From: Octopus sinensis
Taxonomy: Eukaryota
Direction of reading: 5' to 3'
Length of the DNA: 64,000 nt
Assembly: GCF_006345805.1 (NCBI RefSeq)
Contig: NC_043008.1
Coordinates: 45,260,001 to 45,324,000 of the forward strand
A program made the translations under genes and the position numbers. The notes under the pieces are model-generated. The model was not told the DNA's origin. It saw nothing but the letters and a program-made list of their open reading frames with translations, and made no database searches. Positions 39,716 through 53,979 of the stretch are shown here, in pieces. How positions within the stretch are numbered: position 1 is the stretch's first letter; the number at the start of each line of letters is the position of its first letter.

Positions 39716-40795
39716 GCCTTATCCCAACTGGACAGATCACGCAAAAAAGACAAAAAACAAAACAAATATGGCATCGGTATTCGGTGAATTGTAAGAGCAA
39801 CAATTTTCAAAAATGAAATTCTCTTAAATTAACTACTCGAGGTCATCTGGAAAATGTACTTTTGTTTTGATCAGGTTTATCATCTGATTTAAAGCAAAGC
39901 TTTCGCTGGTCAAAACAACATCAAAATTTCTGTGCCCGCTACCGTATAAATGTCAGCTTAAAATAAACTTGATTCACGGTTCAATGTTTTATTATGATGA
40001 CCTTCATATATTAGTTATATAACTGTTCAACGAATGAATAGAACTTGTAATCATTTCGTACAAAGAACTCGTGAACGGAAAGATGCTGTTAACCAATTAT
40101 TTAAAATACTCATAGTATAATTTAGGTATGCAGAAGAACAGAAAAGTGTTTTTTTTTTATTGCGGAGGTGAGGTTTGAAACATCGACATTTCGTTCTGTA
40201 TATGGACAAGTTCCAAATCAAGTCATAAGCATGTCATCATGATAACAGGCAATTTTAATGAATTATTAAACAAGAAATGCGTAAATAATGAAGGATATAA
40301 TTTCAGTATCCCACATGAGACGAAAGTCTTCTAAATTACTTCACAATGACAAATAATTATTTAACAAATTATTGAAAATAAACAAATGACAAATACCTAT
40401 ATATTAAAGTAATCTATTATGGAACCTCTACGTCAAGTTTCATTGTGTTTAATGCTTTATGTATTTCGTTCCGTTTCACTCATAACCGCACTGATGTGTT
40501 GAAAAAAAACAGAATTAAAACACAAGAGAAAACTAATTACAAACTGATATATTCCAAATGATCAAAGATTAGGAGCCATCAGGACTAAACTTCAATATCA
40601 GATATTTCAAGCATACATTTCTATTCAAAATACAACTAATGCTACGTTTATTTTTTCCTACTTTGACAAAGTAATGTCTCTTATTCTGTTTTAATGTCCT
40701 CACTTCTATTCTGTAATTATATGGTTTCATAATCATTATAATCTCTGAGAACGAGCGTCCATCGCCTGTAGCACATCATTAGTAAAATTTGCATT

Positions 40796-40834
<39 letters not shown>

Positions 40835-40891
40835 ATATATATATATATATATAATATATATATGTATAATATATATGTATATATATATATG

Positions 40892-40923
<32 letters not shown>

Positions 40924-41254
40924 TATGTATAGATATATATGTATATATATATATATGTATAATATATATATATATATATAATATATATATATTATGTATG
41001 TATATGTATATATATACGTATATATATATATATACGTATATATATATATATGTATATATATTATGTATGTATATGTATATATATACGTATATTATATATA
41101 TATATACGTATATATATATACATATATATACGTATATATATATACACATATATATATATATACGTATATATACATATATACATATATATATATACGTATA
41201 TATATACATATATATATATATACATACGTATACGTATATATATGTATATATAAG

Positions 41255-41298
<44 letters not shown>

Positions 41299-41584
41299 TG
41301 TATATATATATATATATATAGTATATATATGTATATATATGTATATATATATATGTATATATATGTGTATATATATGTATATATATATGTATATATATAT
41401 ACGTATAATATATATGTATATATATATGTATATATATATATGTATATATATGTATATATGTATATATATATGTAAATATATATATGTATATATATGTATA
41501 TATATATATATATCTATCAGTATATATGTATATCTATCTATCTATATATATATATATGTATATCTATCTATCTATCTATATGTA

Positions 41585-41643
<59 letters not shown>

Positions 41644-41695
41644 ATATATATATATGTATTCTATGCATGTATATTTGTATGTATGTGTGTGTGCG
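40796..41695. repeat. Compound microsatellite: (CA)n, (TA)/(TATG)/(TACG), (TATC)n
   Basis: Directly visible. Confidence 0.96.
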
Positions 41696-42022
41696 TATAC
41701 TCATAAAAAAACTAAAATTCTTACATGAATGCATACTTAAATACATACGGATATACATACATATGTCTGTGTGTTTGTGAATGTGCAATTGAGCGCGTGC
41801 GTACGTGTGCGTGTGTGTAGTTATTTGAAATGTGCAAATTTTATATTTAAAATTTATACACTTGTATGCATTATCTATCAGTTTCTGAACAAACATATAC
41901 ACAAGCACACACAAATGGAAGCATATATAGGCAACACAAATATTATAATATATACATACCAGCATGAATACACTTCTGTATTTGTGTATTTGTACGTGTG
42001 TGTGTGTGTACATATATGTGTG

Positions 42023-42071
<49 letters not shown>

Positions 42072-42806
42072 GTATGAATACATATATAAAATATACATTT
42101 TATATTTTATGTATTTATTTTAAATCTAAAATCATATCATTACTCCAATGCCATTTTGTGATTATATTTAAATGTATGCATAGAATAACATACTCGCGCA
42201 TGAATACCTACACGTTTATTCAGTCAGATATACATGTATCCTGAGGCTTCTCCTCAATTCCATCTCACAGTAAAAATGCGTGAAATATTTTCTCTCCCTT
42301 TCCACAAACAAAACACAAGCATACACACACAAACACGCACACACACACGCACGCACATACACACAATGCATTTCTTAAAGTTCCTACATGGTGCTCCAAC
42401 ATGAAAGCCATCAAAATGATGGCTGTTGTCGCTGGTATCCATAAACGGATTTCCCTGCTGGAATATGGATTTCAAAAGTCTTGCTTCCAATACCAACACT
42501 GAATTCACTCAATGACTCATACAAAACATCTGGGGCGGACATTTGATACTAGAATCCTAATGCTAAAAGAATCAATAGGGGACAAACTACGACAGGCTTC
42601 AGAATGAGTTTTGTGATTTTCATTGAGTTTTGCGTTTCATTCCAACGTTTCACATCTGTAAGACACTTAAACCGAATGTGGATGGTATCAACGCTTCAGT
42701 AAGAAAGCGAAATCTGCCGATTATTATGCATTTACTTTTCCATAACGGGTAAGTTTTTTTTTTTAAATGAGATTCATCGGTAACATAAATTGCAGGCCAT
42801 GCTACT

Positions 42807-42847
42807 CCAGACTGATGACGAGCAAATATTCAGAAACTAGTATCTGG
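42807..42847 (+). ncRNA. Minimal type-I hammerhead ribozyme fold (Penelope-type)
   Basis: ccaga-CTGATGA-cgagcaaatattca-GAA-actagt-A-tctgg: 5-bp stem I, exact core, palindromic stem III and a GUA cleavage triplet. Stem II is weak. Confidence 0.7.
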
Positions 42848-43163
42848 CTGCAGGCTTAGCTGGGGGGAGGTGCTTATCTCCCCTTGCAAACATAAGAACA
42901 CAGGAAATGTGTCAAAGCCGAGAGGAAGCGTTGCTGCTTCCTAGTGCTAAATAGCAGTAATATTATTCCCTTCATGGGACTGTCACATTAAGTTGACAGT
43001 ATACAACTACTTTATCGTATCACTACTGCATAAATCTCTCTGAGATATTTAGAAATGTATTATTTCTATAAATTGACTGTTATACGACTAAATTTAAAAT
43101 ATCACAGACACACACACAGACACACGTTTCAGTGCATATGTATGTATGCATCTCTCTATCTGT

Positions 43164-43214
<51 letters not shown>

Positions 43215-44654
43215 GTATATATGTGTGTGTGTGTGTGTGTGTGTTTGTGTGCGTATGCATGCACGTACGTTTGTAATAAAACTATAGCTAAAAATGAAGC
43301 AGCGGCAAACCAAAACAAACAACATATCAAAACTTATATTCTATTTTTCCAAATATTCTTAAATATTTAAAATAAGGAACATTAAAAATTCTGTGTAAGA
43401 TGAACTTACAAAAATTAACTCTTGTTGATGGTAAATGTCAGGGAATTATTGTACTTACGTCAGAATTCCGGTCTCTTATATTCAAATGAAAGTATTCAAG
43501 GATAACGGATTATGTCTACTACACAAGAATATAAACGATTCCTTCGATGTATATCAACTTTTATCTATCAAGTTTCACTCACAACAATTTGGTAGACTTC
43601 AAGTGATTATAAACTACACTTGTTTAATATTTTGTAAAGTAGGATAGAACTGGAAACTAAGAAGTTTCGACGCAAACTTCATTACCACCGAGAATTTGGC
43701 ATTTGTGTGTAGAGGTACCACAGTATTGTCAAAAATCATACAGGAAAATTCGTTGATAAGTATTGGATGCAGGTTAAATCTTCGAAGAATGTGTCGGGAA
43801 ATCGTGAAGTTCCGTTCTAATGAATAATAACAATAACGGAATATTTTCGAAAAAGGTAATTTTAGTGGTTTTGCTTTTACCATTAGTCCTGCATCCTGTT
43901 TCATAGAAAATTAGATATAGCAGCAGCAAAGCATTCCACGCATATTTTTCAACGCTAGACATGTTCTCCAAAGACTACCCGTCTTGTAATAGCCGCCTAA
44001 TCGGTTAAGCACACCGGCCTTAATTTTCTCACAAGACAAGGCTGGGAACCTCCCACTCAAGTATTTAAAAGAGTCATCATTCTTGTCCAACGCTTTCACA
44101 AACTGCTTCACTAGCACATGCTTGTTATGGAATTGGAGAAGTCAAACAGCCCTTGGGTTAACCAGCGGCCTGTTAAAATCATTTTTCTCTTCAAATTTGA
44201 ATTCCCTTCTGCCTGGCCAAAGACACACTAGCAAGGACACATGGTGAAACCATCTTGTAGACCAAAAAGCAACCAAATGACTTTCAAGTCCCTACATATA
44301 GCCCAGTTGTGCTCATCATATTGCATGTTTTACAGAATGTCCAGCTTCGACAGAAACAAACATAGCTAATCTGCAGCAAGACATACATAAAACTAGCTTT
44401 TGAGCTGTCTACGAAAAGCCTCCAGGCTTCTGGATAGTATTCACACTCCACGCAAGTCAGGAGTCTTTAACATCACTGCAGTAAGCAAAATCATCATCCA
44501 TGCTAAAGAATAAAAGCAAATCATTCTTTCGAGGCTTAGAAAAAGTGAACTTGATTCGTGGGTAAGCAAGTTCTTTAAACGTGACCTAAGCAGCTAGACT
44601 ACGGCATTCTGTAATAAATGTAGATCACAAACTAAGTCATTTTACTGCTTTATT

Positions 44655-44770
44655 CTTGCTGGACCACCGCCTTTTAGTCGAACGAATCGACCCTAGGACT
44701 TATTCTTTGTAAGCCTAGTACATACTATGGGCTGATTTTGTTGAACACACCAGTGGGGGGACAAATACAA

Positions 44771-44852
<82 letters not shown>

Positions 44853-45016
44853 GATGGGCTTCTTTCAGTTTCCGTCTACCAAATCCACTCACAAGGCTTT
44901 GGTCGGCCCGAGGCTATACTAGAAGACACTTGTCCAAGGTGGCACGCAGTGGGATTGAACCCAGACTCATGTGGTTGGTAATCAAGCTATGTGCTACACA
45001 ATCGCTGCTGCTCCTA
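44655..45016 (-). mobile_element. SINE family 1
   Basis: Homologous to 53980-54340, with an internal (CA)(TA) tract. Confidence 0.8.
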
Positions 45017-45029
45017 TGTAAAATGTTTT

Positions 45030-46041
45030 AACAGAGCCTTTTACGTCTCATAGTTGTCGCGGAAGAATATCCCGAGAAAACAATGAGTGATCTGAAAGAC
45101 CTGTCATGAGCGTCAGCGCCGGTAAGGGAGAGGAGAAAATCCATCAGCCTCTGCATGAGGATTATCAGAGGACAATTAACGACATTTCTAATATTGTTGG
45201 TCTGTCGTATTGGTCCGTGCATGTAATCTTAACGTCTGAATTGAACAAGAGGCGTGTCTCTGCCATGTTTGAACCCCACTGCAGATCACTTAGCAGAAAG
45301 AACATTGCGTCCAAGTCTGCCAATATCTCCGTCATCGTGCCGCTGATGACCCATTGTTCATGTCAAGAATCATCACCGGTGACGAGGGTTGGGTCTACGA
45401 GTAGGACCCTGAGACGAAGCAGCAGTTGTCACAATGGAAGATGCCTTCATCCCGACGACGGAAGAAGGCACGACAGAGCCGCAACTCAATCAAGAGTGTG
45501 CTCATGGCTTGTTTTCGGCATCCGTGGTTATTGTGCATCGAGAATTCGTCTCCCAGGGCCAGACCATCAATCAACAGTTCTACGGCGACGTTTTGAAGTG
45601 TTTGAGGGAGAATATTCAGCGAAAGCGCCCGGATCCGTGGAGCGCGAAGAATTGAATTCTTCACGACGACCCTGCACCCTGTGCCCGAGCCCTCCTCACT
45701 CGTCAGTTTCTTGTCAAAAGCAATAAGGTGTCACTTCCACACCCGCACTATTCGCTAGATTTAGCATCTACGGACTTCCATCTCCTCTCTAAGAGGAAAA
45801 TGCAGCTCTCAGGTTGCCGTTTTAATACCGTTGTCGAGATCCAGAACAAACTGCAGAAGGTCCTCGACTCGCTTACAGAAAACGACTTTCAAGCAGGATT
45901 CCAGAAATGGCAGGAACGTTGGCACCGGTGTATTGCTGCGCAAGTTGTCTATTTCGAAGAAGGTGATGTTAAAACTTAGGTGAATAAGTTATCTTTTTAT
46001 TAGATATAACATGTCCGGGAACCTTTTGACACCACCTCGTA
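45030..46041 (+). mobile_element. Mariner transposon relic: frameshifted transposase and right TIR
   Basis: RIITGDEGWVY, IVHREFVSQGQTINQQFY and LPHPHYSLDLASTDFHL. Ends ccgggaaccttttgacaccacctcg|TA. The left TIR was not found. Confidence 0.9.
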
Positions 46042-49000
46042 GAACTGAAACCAGATATTTGAATCATGCAAAAGTAGCAGTGTCACGATGATTTTGTGGT
46101 CCCCCCAAACACACATCGTGGGAATGCCAAAGCTTCGGTTATTCCTTTGGCATTTTGTCCACTGTCTCAGTGTTTCAACACACGTTTTGCATGTTGCACA
46201 GGGTGTCCAGGATTTGTCTTGATCATAGTTTCATGCCAAAGTAATTAAGTAGGCCTTCTTCACAAAATCTGTGATTTTGTTTCGCTTCCCATGTAAAATG
46301 TAATATCCACAAATATACCAGAAGACATCAGAACTGTCTTTGCCTTTCTTCTCTCACAACTGGTCATATTTCTGAAATACAAACTATATATTCAAGCCAG
46401 TTGTCATCTGGAAAAAAAAACATTCCCAGGATTCTTAACGGTTATAAAGTAAGCAATTGTAAGTTTGTGATGGCAAAGTTTCATGAAGTTCCTTCTAGTT
46501 CTTTGAGCATACTCGACAAAAAGTGATCTTGATTTTTGTAAGTTACCAATTACAATATTAAGAGTGCATTCAAAATACCAATTTTCATAATAAATTATTA
46601 AAGGATCAACAAAACATGTCTCATCTGGTTTGCAATGATAGTCACACTAAATCCAGCCATGCGTACACATATCTACTGACAAATACAGCAAATTCTACAA
46701 ATATGAGACATGTATGATGTGAAGACTACGGTATAAAGGACGTTTCTGCCATGATTATTCCATTTAAAACTAGTTAGATTGAAAATAGTGCAAGTCGTTC
46801 AAGTTTGATGCTTTCTTTAGATATGGAAGAAACCAAAATCATGACTTTTGCTTTTCCCTTTTGTTGTTGCATTTACTTTAAAAAATAAAGAAAATTATGC
46901 TTTCAAAGTTATGTCAAGTTCCGTACATGGGTCTGCATTTGATAAAGCTAAATCTATCCTTAGAAATGGTAACAATACCGGAAATATTGAAATAAGGACA
47001 TTTGAATTCGTGAAAAATCATGACATGCTAGAGCAAATAAGGGCTTCCATTTATGAAATCAGCACCCCACAATTACTTGGTAATATGTATCCAACAGCAG
47101 ACAGCAAAATACATGTTCCCCAGTGTAATATAGATTAGCTACCAATGTACAAATAACAACAATAGTAATAATCTATGTCATCATCATCTTTGTGTTAGTA
47201 GTAGTAGTAATAGCAGCAGCAGAAGCATATGCTGCTGCTGCTGCTACTACTACTCACACATTTATGATGTTTAATTTTTGCTTATGCATTTACTGCAGCT
47301 CCTTATGATTGACTTCAACACCTAACACCTATGAGTCTCTCATTTCATATTATAACGAATCAATAAATCGCCCGCCCGGGTCCAGTAAGTGATTTAGAAT
47401 ATGAAGTAAAAATTCCAAATAAATGATGCCCTGAATACATTTAATCGGTAATTGGAAACATTTCTGTTCTCTTTTATAAATAAATCTTCAGAAAGTGTTG
47501 TAGCATCTCTTTTGTCCAACGTCATTTTGTAATCGTTTCTTTGTTTTCAGCATCGAAAGATAAAGTAAATTATTGAACTTTACATAATCTATTGAATGCA
47601 TGAAGATAATTCAAGATGACTTTCCGAGAACTAAATTAATACCAGTGATAGAGATTTGAGATCAATACTTCGTGTCAATTAAGTCAACAAATCTCGATTA
47701 CGGACTACAAGTAGCTTACAACTATGAGTAAACTATCTACGTATATCATCTTTTAATGGAGCTTATAAAGGAAATAAAGGGGAATAAAAGTTGATAAAAC
47801 ACAACAAGCCAGATATTTGGAGGCTTACTACCTCTTCCAAATCATAATCAGAAAATTTTGAGGAATATGTAATTACAATTTAACAAGTGAATGTAAACAG
47901 AATATTCTTTTCCATGAGACACATCCTGAAAAGTTTCTGACTCTCTAAAAGTTACTATAGTAACTAACAAAATAATTCTCACATACCTGACACGGTAAAC
48001 AGCTCTTTACATCACATCAAATTGAAAATAAAGTGATTAAACGATAAATAAGAAAAATTTGAGTCACTAAATCGCGGCTGGTACTGGCTTTTGCAACTGT
48101 TTCTTCAACTGTCACTAAACCGTACCTACTGGTCTGATCTAGTAAGTTGCGTACCACAATATGCATCCGCATATGTCCCGCTCTCTGTTGGTTATTTAAA
48201 GACTCACTTTCGCTCCAGACCCGAGTTGCAGGAGTCTAGAAGATTTTGGCCATCCGCACATTTTTCCTTCTGACATTGTAGATAAATTCATCTGAAATAA
48301 AAAGCATTGAAATAGGTCCGAAACCCCCCCCCCCCGCAAAGATTATATTCACACTCCATTTCCTTAGGTTGAGAATGGGGATAATATAGAGACAAAATTA
48401 CTTAACACCACTATTGCATTTTATGTGCCCCAATCTGTCTGAAGCAAATTTATTTCTTATATAACAGTGAGTGGCAACATAATGTTGTTTTTCAATAATG
48501 TGATTTGTTTTATTGTCTTTCTCTCAGCTTTTATAGTTTACCGAACTTATACCCAAGTAATTTGCTAAAAAAGGGGGGAAATGTTCAAAGAAAACAAAGC
48601 CGTTTTGGTTAGTAATCATTCTATGTTTAAATATTGGACTTCTTAATTTTAGTATTTTATGGCACATCATGACGACATTCATGTAAATATAATTTCAAAC
48701 TAGCTAGACGAAAACTGACATCAATGTTCTTCTTTTGATGGTACACAAAGACACATATACAGAGGCTAATAACCAGACATACAACCAGAATACTTAATAT
48801 AAGCTGATAATAATATATATACTCTCGTATACTATTGAATCGTTATTGTATTATTCCCATCTCGCAAACCAATATTTATATTTCGATAGGCGGAGAATAA
48901 AAATTTAAAAGTGAAGATTAAAGAAATGAAAAGAAACGTGAAGTACCGAAGGCAAGAAAAATTATATGAGAAAAGATAAAAGACAATATGAAAAGAGTAA

Positions 49001-49416
49001 ATATATCAAAGGTTTAAATCACGAAGAAGAGTGTGTTTCACAAACGTTTAATGTATAATAGAAACTAATTAGAATATTTGTATTTAATAGCTGAAACTAC
49101 TTATTATATTCATCATTTTTACATAATTTTTATCATTAGCATTAGTAGCATCATCATCATTCACCATCAACAGTCATTATGACTGTAATTTGAACATTTT
49201 TTCTATTGAAATAAAAATTTCATAATCAAGAACGGATTTTAAGTTGCTTGTATTCCTTAAAAATCATAAAAATTCACTTGAATAAACGCCAAAAGAAATA
49301 TTAAGCCACAAATACTTAAGACACATACACTCTTTCCTTATGTATCTATACACATATATACATAAAATGCGCACACAAACAAAAAATTCACCGAAATTGT
49401 CATGCCATTGAAGTAA

Positions 49417-49479
49417 AAAACCATTAGCACAACGGTTGTCTTACTTACAAAGTAAGACAACCGTTGTGCTAATGGTTTT
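49417..49479. repeat. Perfect 30-bp-arm palindrome
   Basis: aaaaccattagcacaacggttgtcttactt, then a 2-nt ac spacer, then aagtaagacaaccgttgtgctaatggtttt within acaaagtaag. The spacer is only 2-3 nt. Confidence 0.95.
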
Positions 49480-52140
49480 AGGGAAGTTTGGCTATTTATG
49501 GTAGGTTTAAATATCATGTCGGAGGGAATGTTTTTGGTTCATGAGGTTTGAGTGTTATATAACATTGTTATGGGTGTTTTGCATTCACAGATACTGTAAT
49601 AGATATGGAAGCTTTCAGCTATAGAAAATTCGGCGGTTTTCGTCTGGGAATAGGCAGTTGAAGTCGAATAACTTATCATTATAATGCAATCAGTACCCAA
49701 AACCTTATAAAAAATAACAATGCGATGATAAAAAAAAAAGATTTATCAATGATGCATTGGTAATATATGAAGAACAATCCACATTCCTTAACAAATCTAA
49801 CTAAACAGATGAGAAGGCTATAAAGTTGTAGTAATATACTTTTCTCTCTCTCTCTCTCACACACACAAACACACACAGACACACGTATACAACCATATGC
49901 CCTCACACACAAACACACACACACATATTTGTGTTAAGTTGTCTCAAGTAAAGCCCTGCTATTATAAGCTATTGCAAGAGCTTTAACAACCTCTGCACAC
50001 AAAGACATTTGGTAATTGTATAGCATAGAGACGAAATTGAAACTGCCCTATAAATATATTTCACACCTTGAAAATTGACCTTAATACTTGTTTGAATAAT
50101 TTTCTTTTTATTTGTCTTTCTAACTCTTCGAAAATAGACATCTATCTATTGTAGCAAATTCTATACACATCAGAATTACATAAAAATAAATAAACATTTC
50201 ACGTCTATAGGTTTGCATAGAGCAAACCATGATTATATGATAATTAAACCAGTGTAAACCTTTCAAATAATTATTGGGAAATTGCTTTCGAAATTTACAA
50301 CCTGCGACCGAAAATTGCATTGCTATTAAATCGTTATTTACGCCGAAAATATTTACAGCTCTTACCACAGCTATCATTAAAGATTATCAATGTAGGGGAA
50401 AAATTAGAATAACGCACTTTTGTAGCTGATGAAGAAAATATGTTCCGAGAGTACATTTTGAAACAAGTATATTGTAGAACCGTAAAGAGAGATATTCGTT
50501 TAAGATACACATATGCATACAAAAGAATAATTTTTCGCATAGTTTTTCCAGTAATATATAATATTTAAGTCTTAACATTTTTTGGTGCACACATAAGGAG
50601 CGTTTACTGCAGCATATTTGGTATCTATTTCTTGAACCGCAGCTTGTAATACGATGGGTGAAACATAATTTCAGATGATCAAATAGGGATTCCTTACATA
50701 ATCAAAGCTTCAAAGATTTTTTTGAAAAATTGTATATTGTGAAACTTTCCATCACCTATATCACATTTATTATCTATCTCTATTTTTTCTTACTCTGTGT
50801 ACATGTCTATGCTCCAATCACATGTTATACACACAGATATACGTATATCACAGATATACATATAAGCACACATATTCACCCACACATGCATATACACACG
50901 TATATAAATATACATATTTATTGCATCAAAAGCTGAGAGTCTGCTCAGTTCCGCACTGGCTGAAGAAAATAATTGTTTACAGATTATATAAGGCTATGTT
51001 GAACATGGAATAGGGCAAGTGGGTTGAATGATAAGTATTTTTGACAACTAATTCAAGTATATAGAGAATATAATGGAAGGTTATTTTTAAGTTGTGCGTT
51101 AATATAAAAAGCTTGGAATAATCCTTAATTTTACTCACGTTTGCATTCAATGGATTTAAATAAAACTATTAAAAGAATTTTAAAACTATTGAGGATTACC
51201 TACGTTCACTTTCCTTCGAGAGAACTTCATTTATATTATTGGAGAGAGAATAATATTTTAGTATGGGTTGCGCTTCCAGCTGAGAGGTCAAATTACTAGG
51301 ATATTAAGCGTAGCTTTTTTAGTGAATTGAGGACATACGGCCAAATATTTTGCATATATGTATGTATGAACACAAATTCAGGTGCTCTGAACGTTATATA
51401 AAATATACACGTATAAATTTATAAAAGCTCTGACTCACTACTATATAGAATGTAATCTGAAATGGGAGCATAGTCTTTTGGTTGGGCCCCAAGTTATGGG
51501 TCATTAGAATTCTATATTGTAAATCTGTGGATGAGGTTAAGGGTTTTTGCAGAGTGATATATAAGAAACAACTGAAAAATAACGGTCATTACATATAACT
51601 GCTTTGTTAGAGCAAGTTTTGCTTACAGCTGTTTCCAGTAGGCATTATTAATAGCTTTACTCAATTGGTCTATTGATCAATTGAGGTAAATGGAGCGACC
51701 TAAGAAAATTAATGCTACTTTCGTCAGAGTCATTGCTGGAAATAATAAGCAGAGCACTTGAAAAATGGTTAATGTATGGGGAAGGTGGGGGAAGATTGGG
51801 TGAAGGCAGGTTAGAAGGTGGTGGGAACAATTGCGGGAGTGATACTTAATAGAGGTAGCAGTAGTATTATAAGTAGTAGTAGTATTAGTAGTTATAGCAG
51901 CAGGAGTATTGTATTGCCAAATTTGGAAGAGGGACATTCACAAATATAAGTCAGCACCCATCACCATATTAGCATTGTATATAGGTCAGATATTCTCCAG
52001 CCAATGTGTTGAAATGTGATACGGGCTTTTCATGGACATGGGTGAGTCTGTGGGGGAATAATGTTAGAGGATTAGAGCAAACTGGCAGAGTAATGTGTTA
52101 TACCAAAACAATTATGAAGGTGACAGCATCAGCATCAATA

Positions 52141-52230
52141 GTATCAATACAAGAAGATAATCTTCCAATAGTATCAATACAAGAAGATAATCTTCCAATA
52201 GTATCAATACAAGAAGATAATCTTCCAATA
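52141..52230. repeat. Perfect 30-bp tandem repeat x3
   Basis: gtatcaatacaagaagataatcttccaata occurs three times. Confidence 0.97.
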
Positions 52231-52519
52231 TAATAACAGAAATGACAATACCAATAACCATGAAGTAATAACAACAACGATAAGAGGGTAATAGTCCCAA
52301 TATTGGTTGGAAGTAAAAAATTAATGTTAAAATAAACTATTGAAATCTTAAAAGAATAAAATAGGACAGATAAAATAAAATGAAAGTTAATAAAATTTAA
52401 TAAAGTTTTTAAAATTAAAAGAATTTAACTCACAGAAGTGAAGGTTAAATATAAGTACATATATGTATACAGCCAGCCATACATTCACACACACACAAGC
52501 CCACATATATACATATAGC

Positions 52520-53130
52520 GTGAGGAAGTGCAAATACCTGGGGGTGTTTTGGAGGCAATAGTATTGGGGATATTCATCGGGTAACAGGAATATTGAACCA
52601 AAACGAGTATCACTCTATCATCCAGCCTCATGCCATTCCATTTGGGGCAAGGCTGATCGGTGATTATTTCGCGCTGATGCAAGATAATGATGCTAAACAT
52701 ACTTCTAAGCTATGCAAAACTATTTACAGAAGGAAACGGATGAAAAAAAAGTTGACTGACATGGAATGGCCAGCCCAATCCCCTGATTGCAATCCCATCA
52801 AAATTGTGTGGGATGAATTGGATTGCATAGTCAAAACTCGAGAACCAAGAAGTGCAGAAAGCCTCTGGACACTCTTACAAGAGGAGCGGGAAAATATTAC
52901 CAGCGAATAATTGTTTTCATTGGGCGAAAGAACGCCCAGACTATGCTCCGCAGTGATTGAGGCCAAAGGTGCATATATCGATGATTTAGAGTTTTTCTTT
53001 GATTTTTCTGTTTTGTTCCTGAGTAAAGGATGTCATCCAATGAATGTAACTTTACATTAATAAAATATTTCACAGTTACTTCCATTTCGTTTTTTTCAAA
53101 ATAAGTTTAGGTGATCTTAAACTTTTGTGT
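52520..53130 (+). mobile_element. Tc1-like transposon 3' relic
   Basis: MQDNDAKHTS...MEWPAQSPDCNPIKIVWDEL, with a TIR-like ggtgatcttaaacttttg at about 53110-53127. Confidence 0.88.
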
Positions 53131-53159
53131 AGTAGTAGTAGTAGTAGTAGTAGTGTATA

Positions 53160-53453
53160 TATCATGTGATCACGTGACCGACAAGTCCTTCATATGTAGT
53201 TACACATCGCTGGTCACAATGCGTTCGCATAGTTTTAGCCTTCGAATAACGCCACCCTGCTGGGTAAGCGAGCAGGCCAACAGAAGAAAGAGTGGGAGAA
53301 AGAGTGGTGAAAGAGTACAGCAAGGATCACCACCCTCTGCCGGAGCTCGTGGAGCTTTTAGGTGTTTTCGCTCAATAAACACTCACAACACCCGGTCTGG
53401 GAATCGAAACCGCGAGTCGGCTGCCCTAACCACTGGGCCATTGCGCCTCCACA
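53160..53453 (-). mobile_element. tRNA-derived SINE (family 4)
   Basis: Minus strand has ggaggcgcaatggcccagtggttaggg (A box), gtttcgattccc (B box) and tail ggtcacgtgatcacatgat. Confidence 0.85.
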
Positions 53454-53454
53454 G

Positions 53455-53456
53455 TG

Positions 53457-53496
<40 letters not shown>

Positions 53497-53978
53497 ATAT
53501 ATATATAATATATATATATATATATTATATATATATATATATACACATATATATACATATATATACACATATATATACATATACATATATATACATATAC
53601 ATATATAAATATATATACATATATATACATATAAATATATATATATATACATATATATACATTACATATATATATACATATATATACATATACATATATA
53701 TATACATATATACATATACATATATATATACATATATATACATATACATATATATATATGCATATATATACATATATATACATATACATATACATATATA
53801 TATACATATACATATATATATACATATATATATACATATACATATATATATATACATATATATATACATATATATATATACATATATATACATATAAATA
53901 TATATATACATATATATATACATATATATACATATACATATATATATATACATATATATACATATACATATATATACA
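53455..53978. repeat. Complex (TA)/(TACA) array
   Basis: Directly visible. Confidence 0.96.
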
Positions 53979-53979
53979 A

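Larger units (their letters stand above)
43700..47125 (-). mobile_element. Decayed Chapaev3-like DNA transposon interrupted by a SINE and a mariner (left end uncertain)
   Basis: Minus strand near 46150-46335 gives DVFWYICGYY...VKKAY..YFGMKL.DQDKSWTP..CKTC. Near 43990-44120 it gives KQFVKALDKNDDSFKYLSGRFPALSCEKIKAG. Candidate terminus TTA|CACTG at 47125. Confidence 0.7.

Noticed and set aside
46848-47138. 96-aa ORF as a host exon
   Set aside because: No recognisable domain; it lies in the likely subterminal region of the Chapaev3-like element.
52141-52230. 30-bp x3 repeat as a CRISPR array or coding repeat
   Set aside because: There are no spacers, the context is eukaryotic and there is no exon support; it is a simple tandem duplication.
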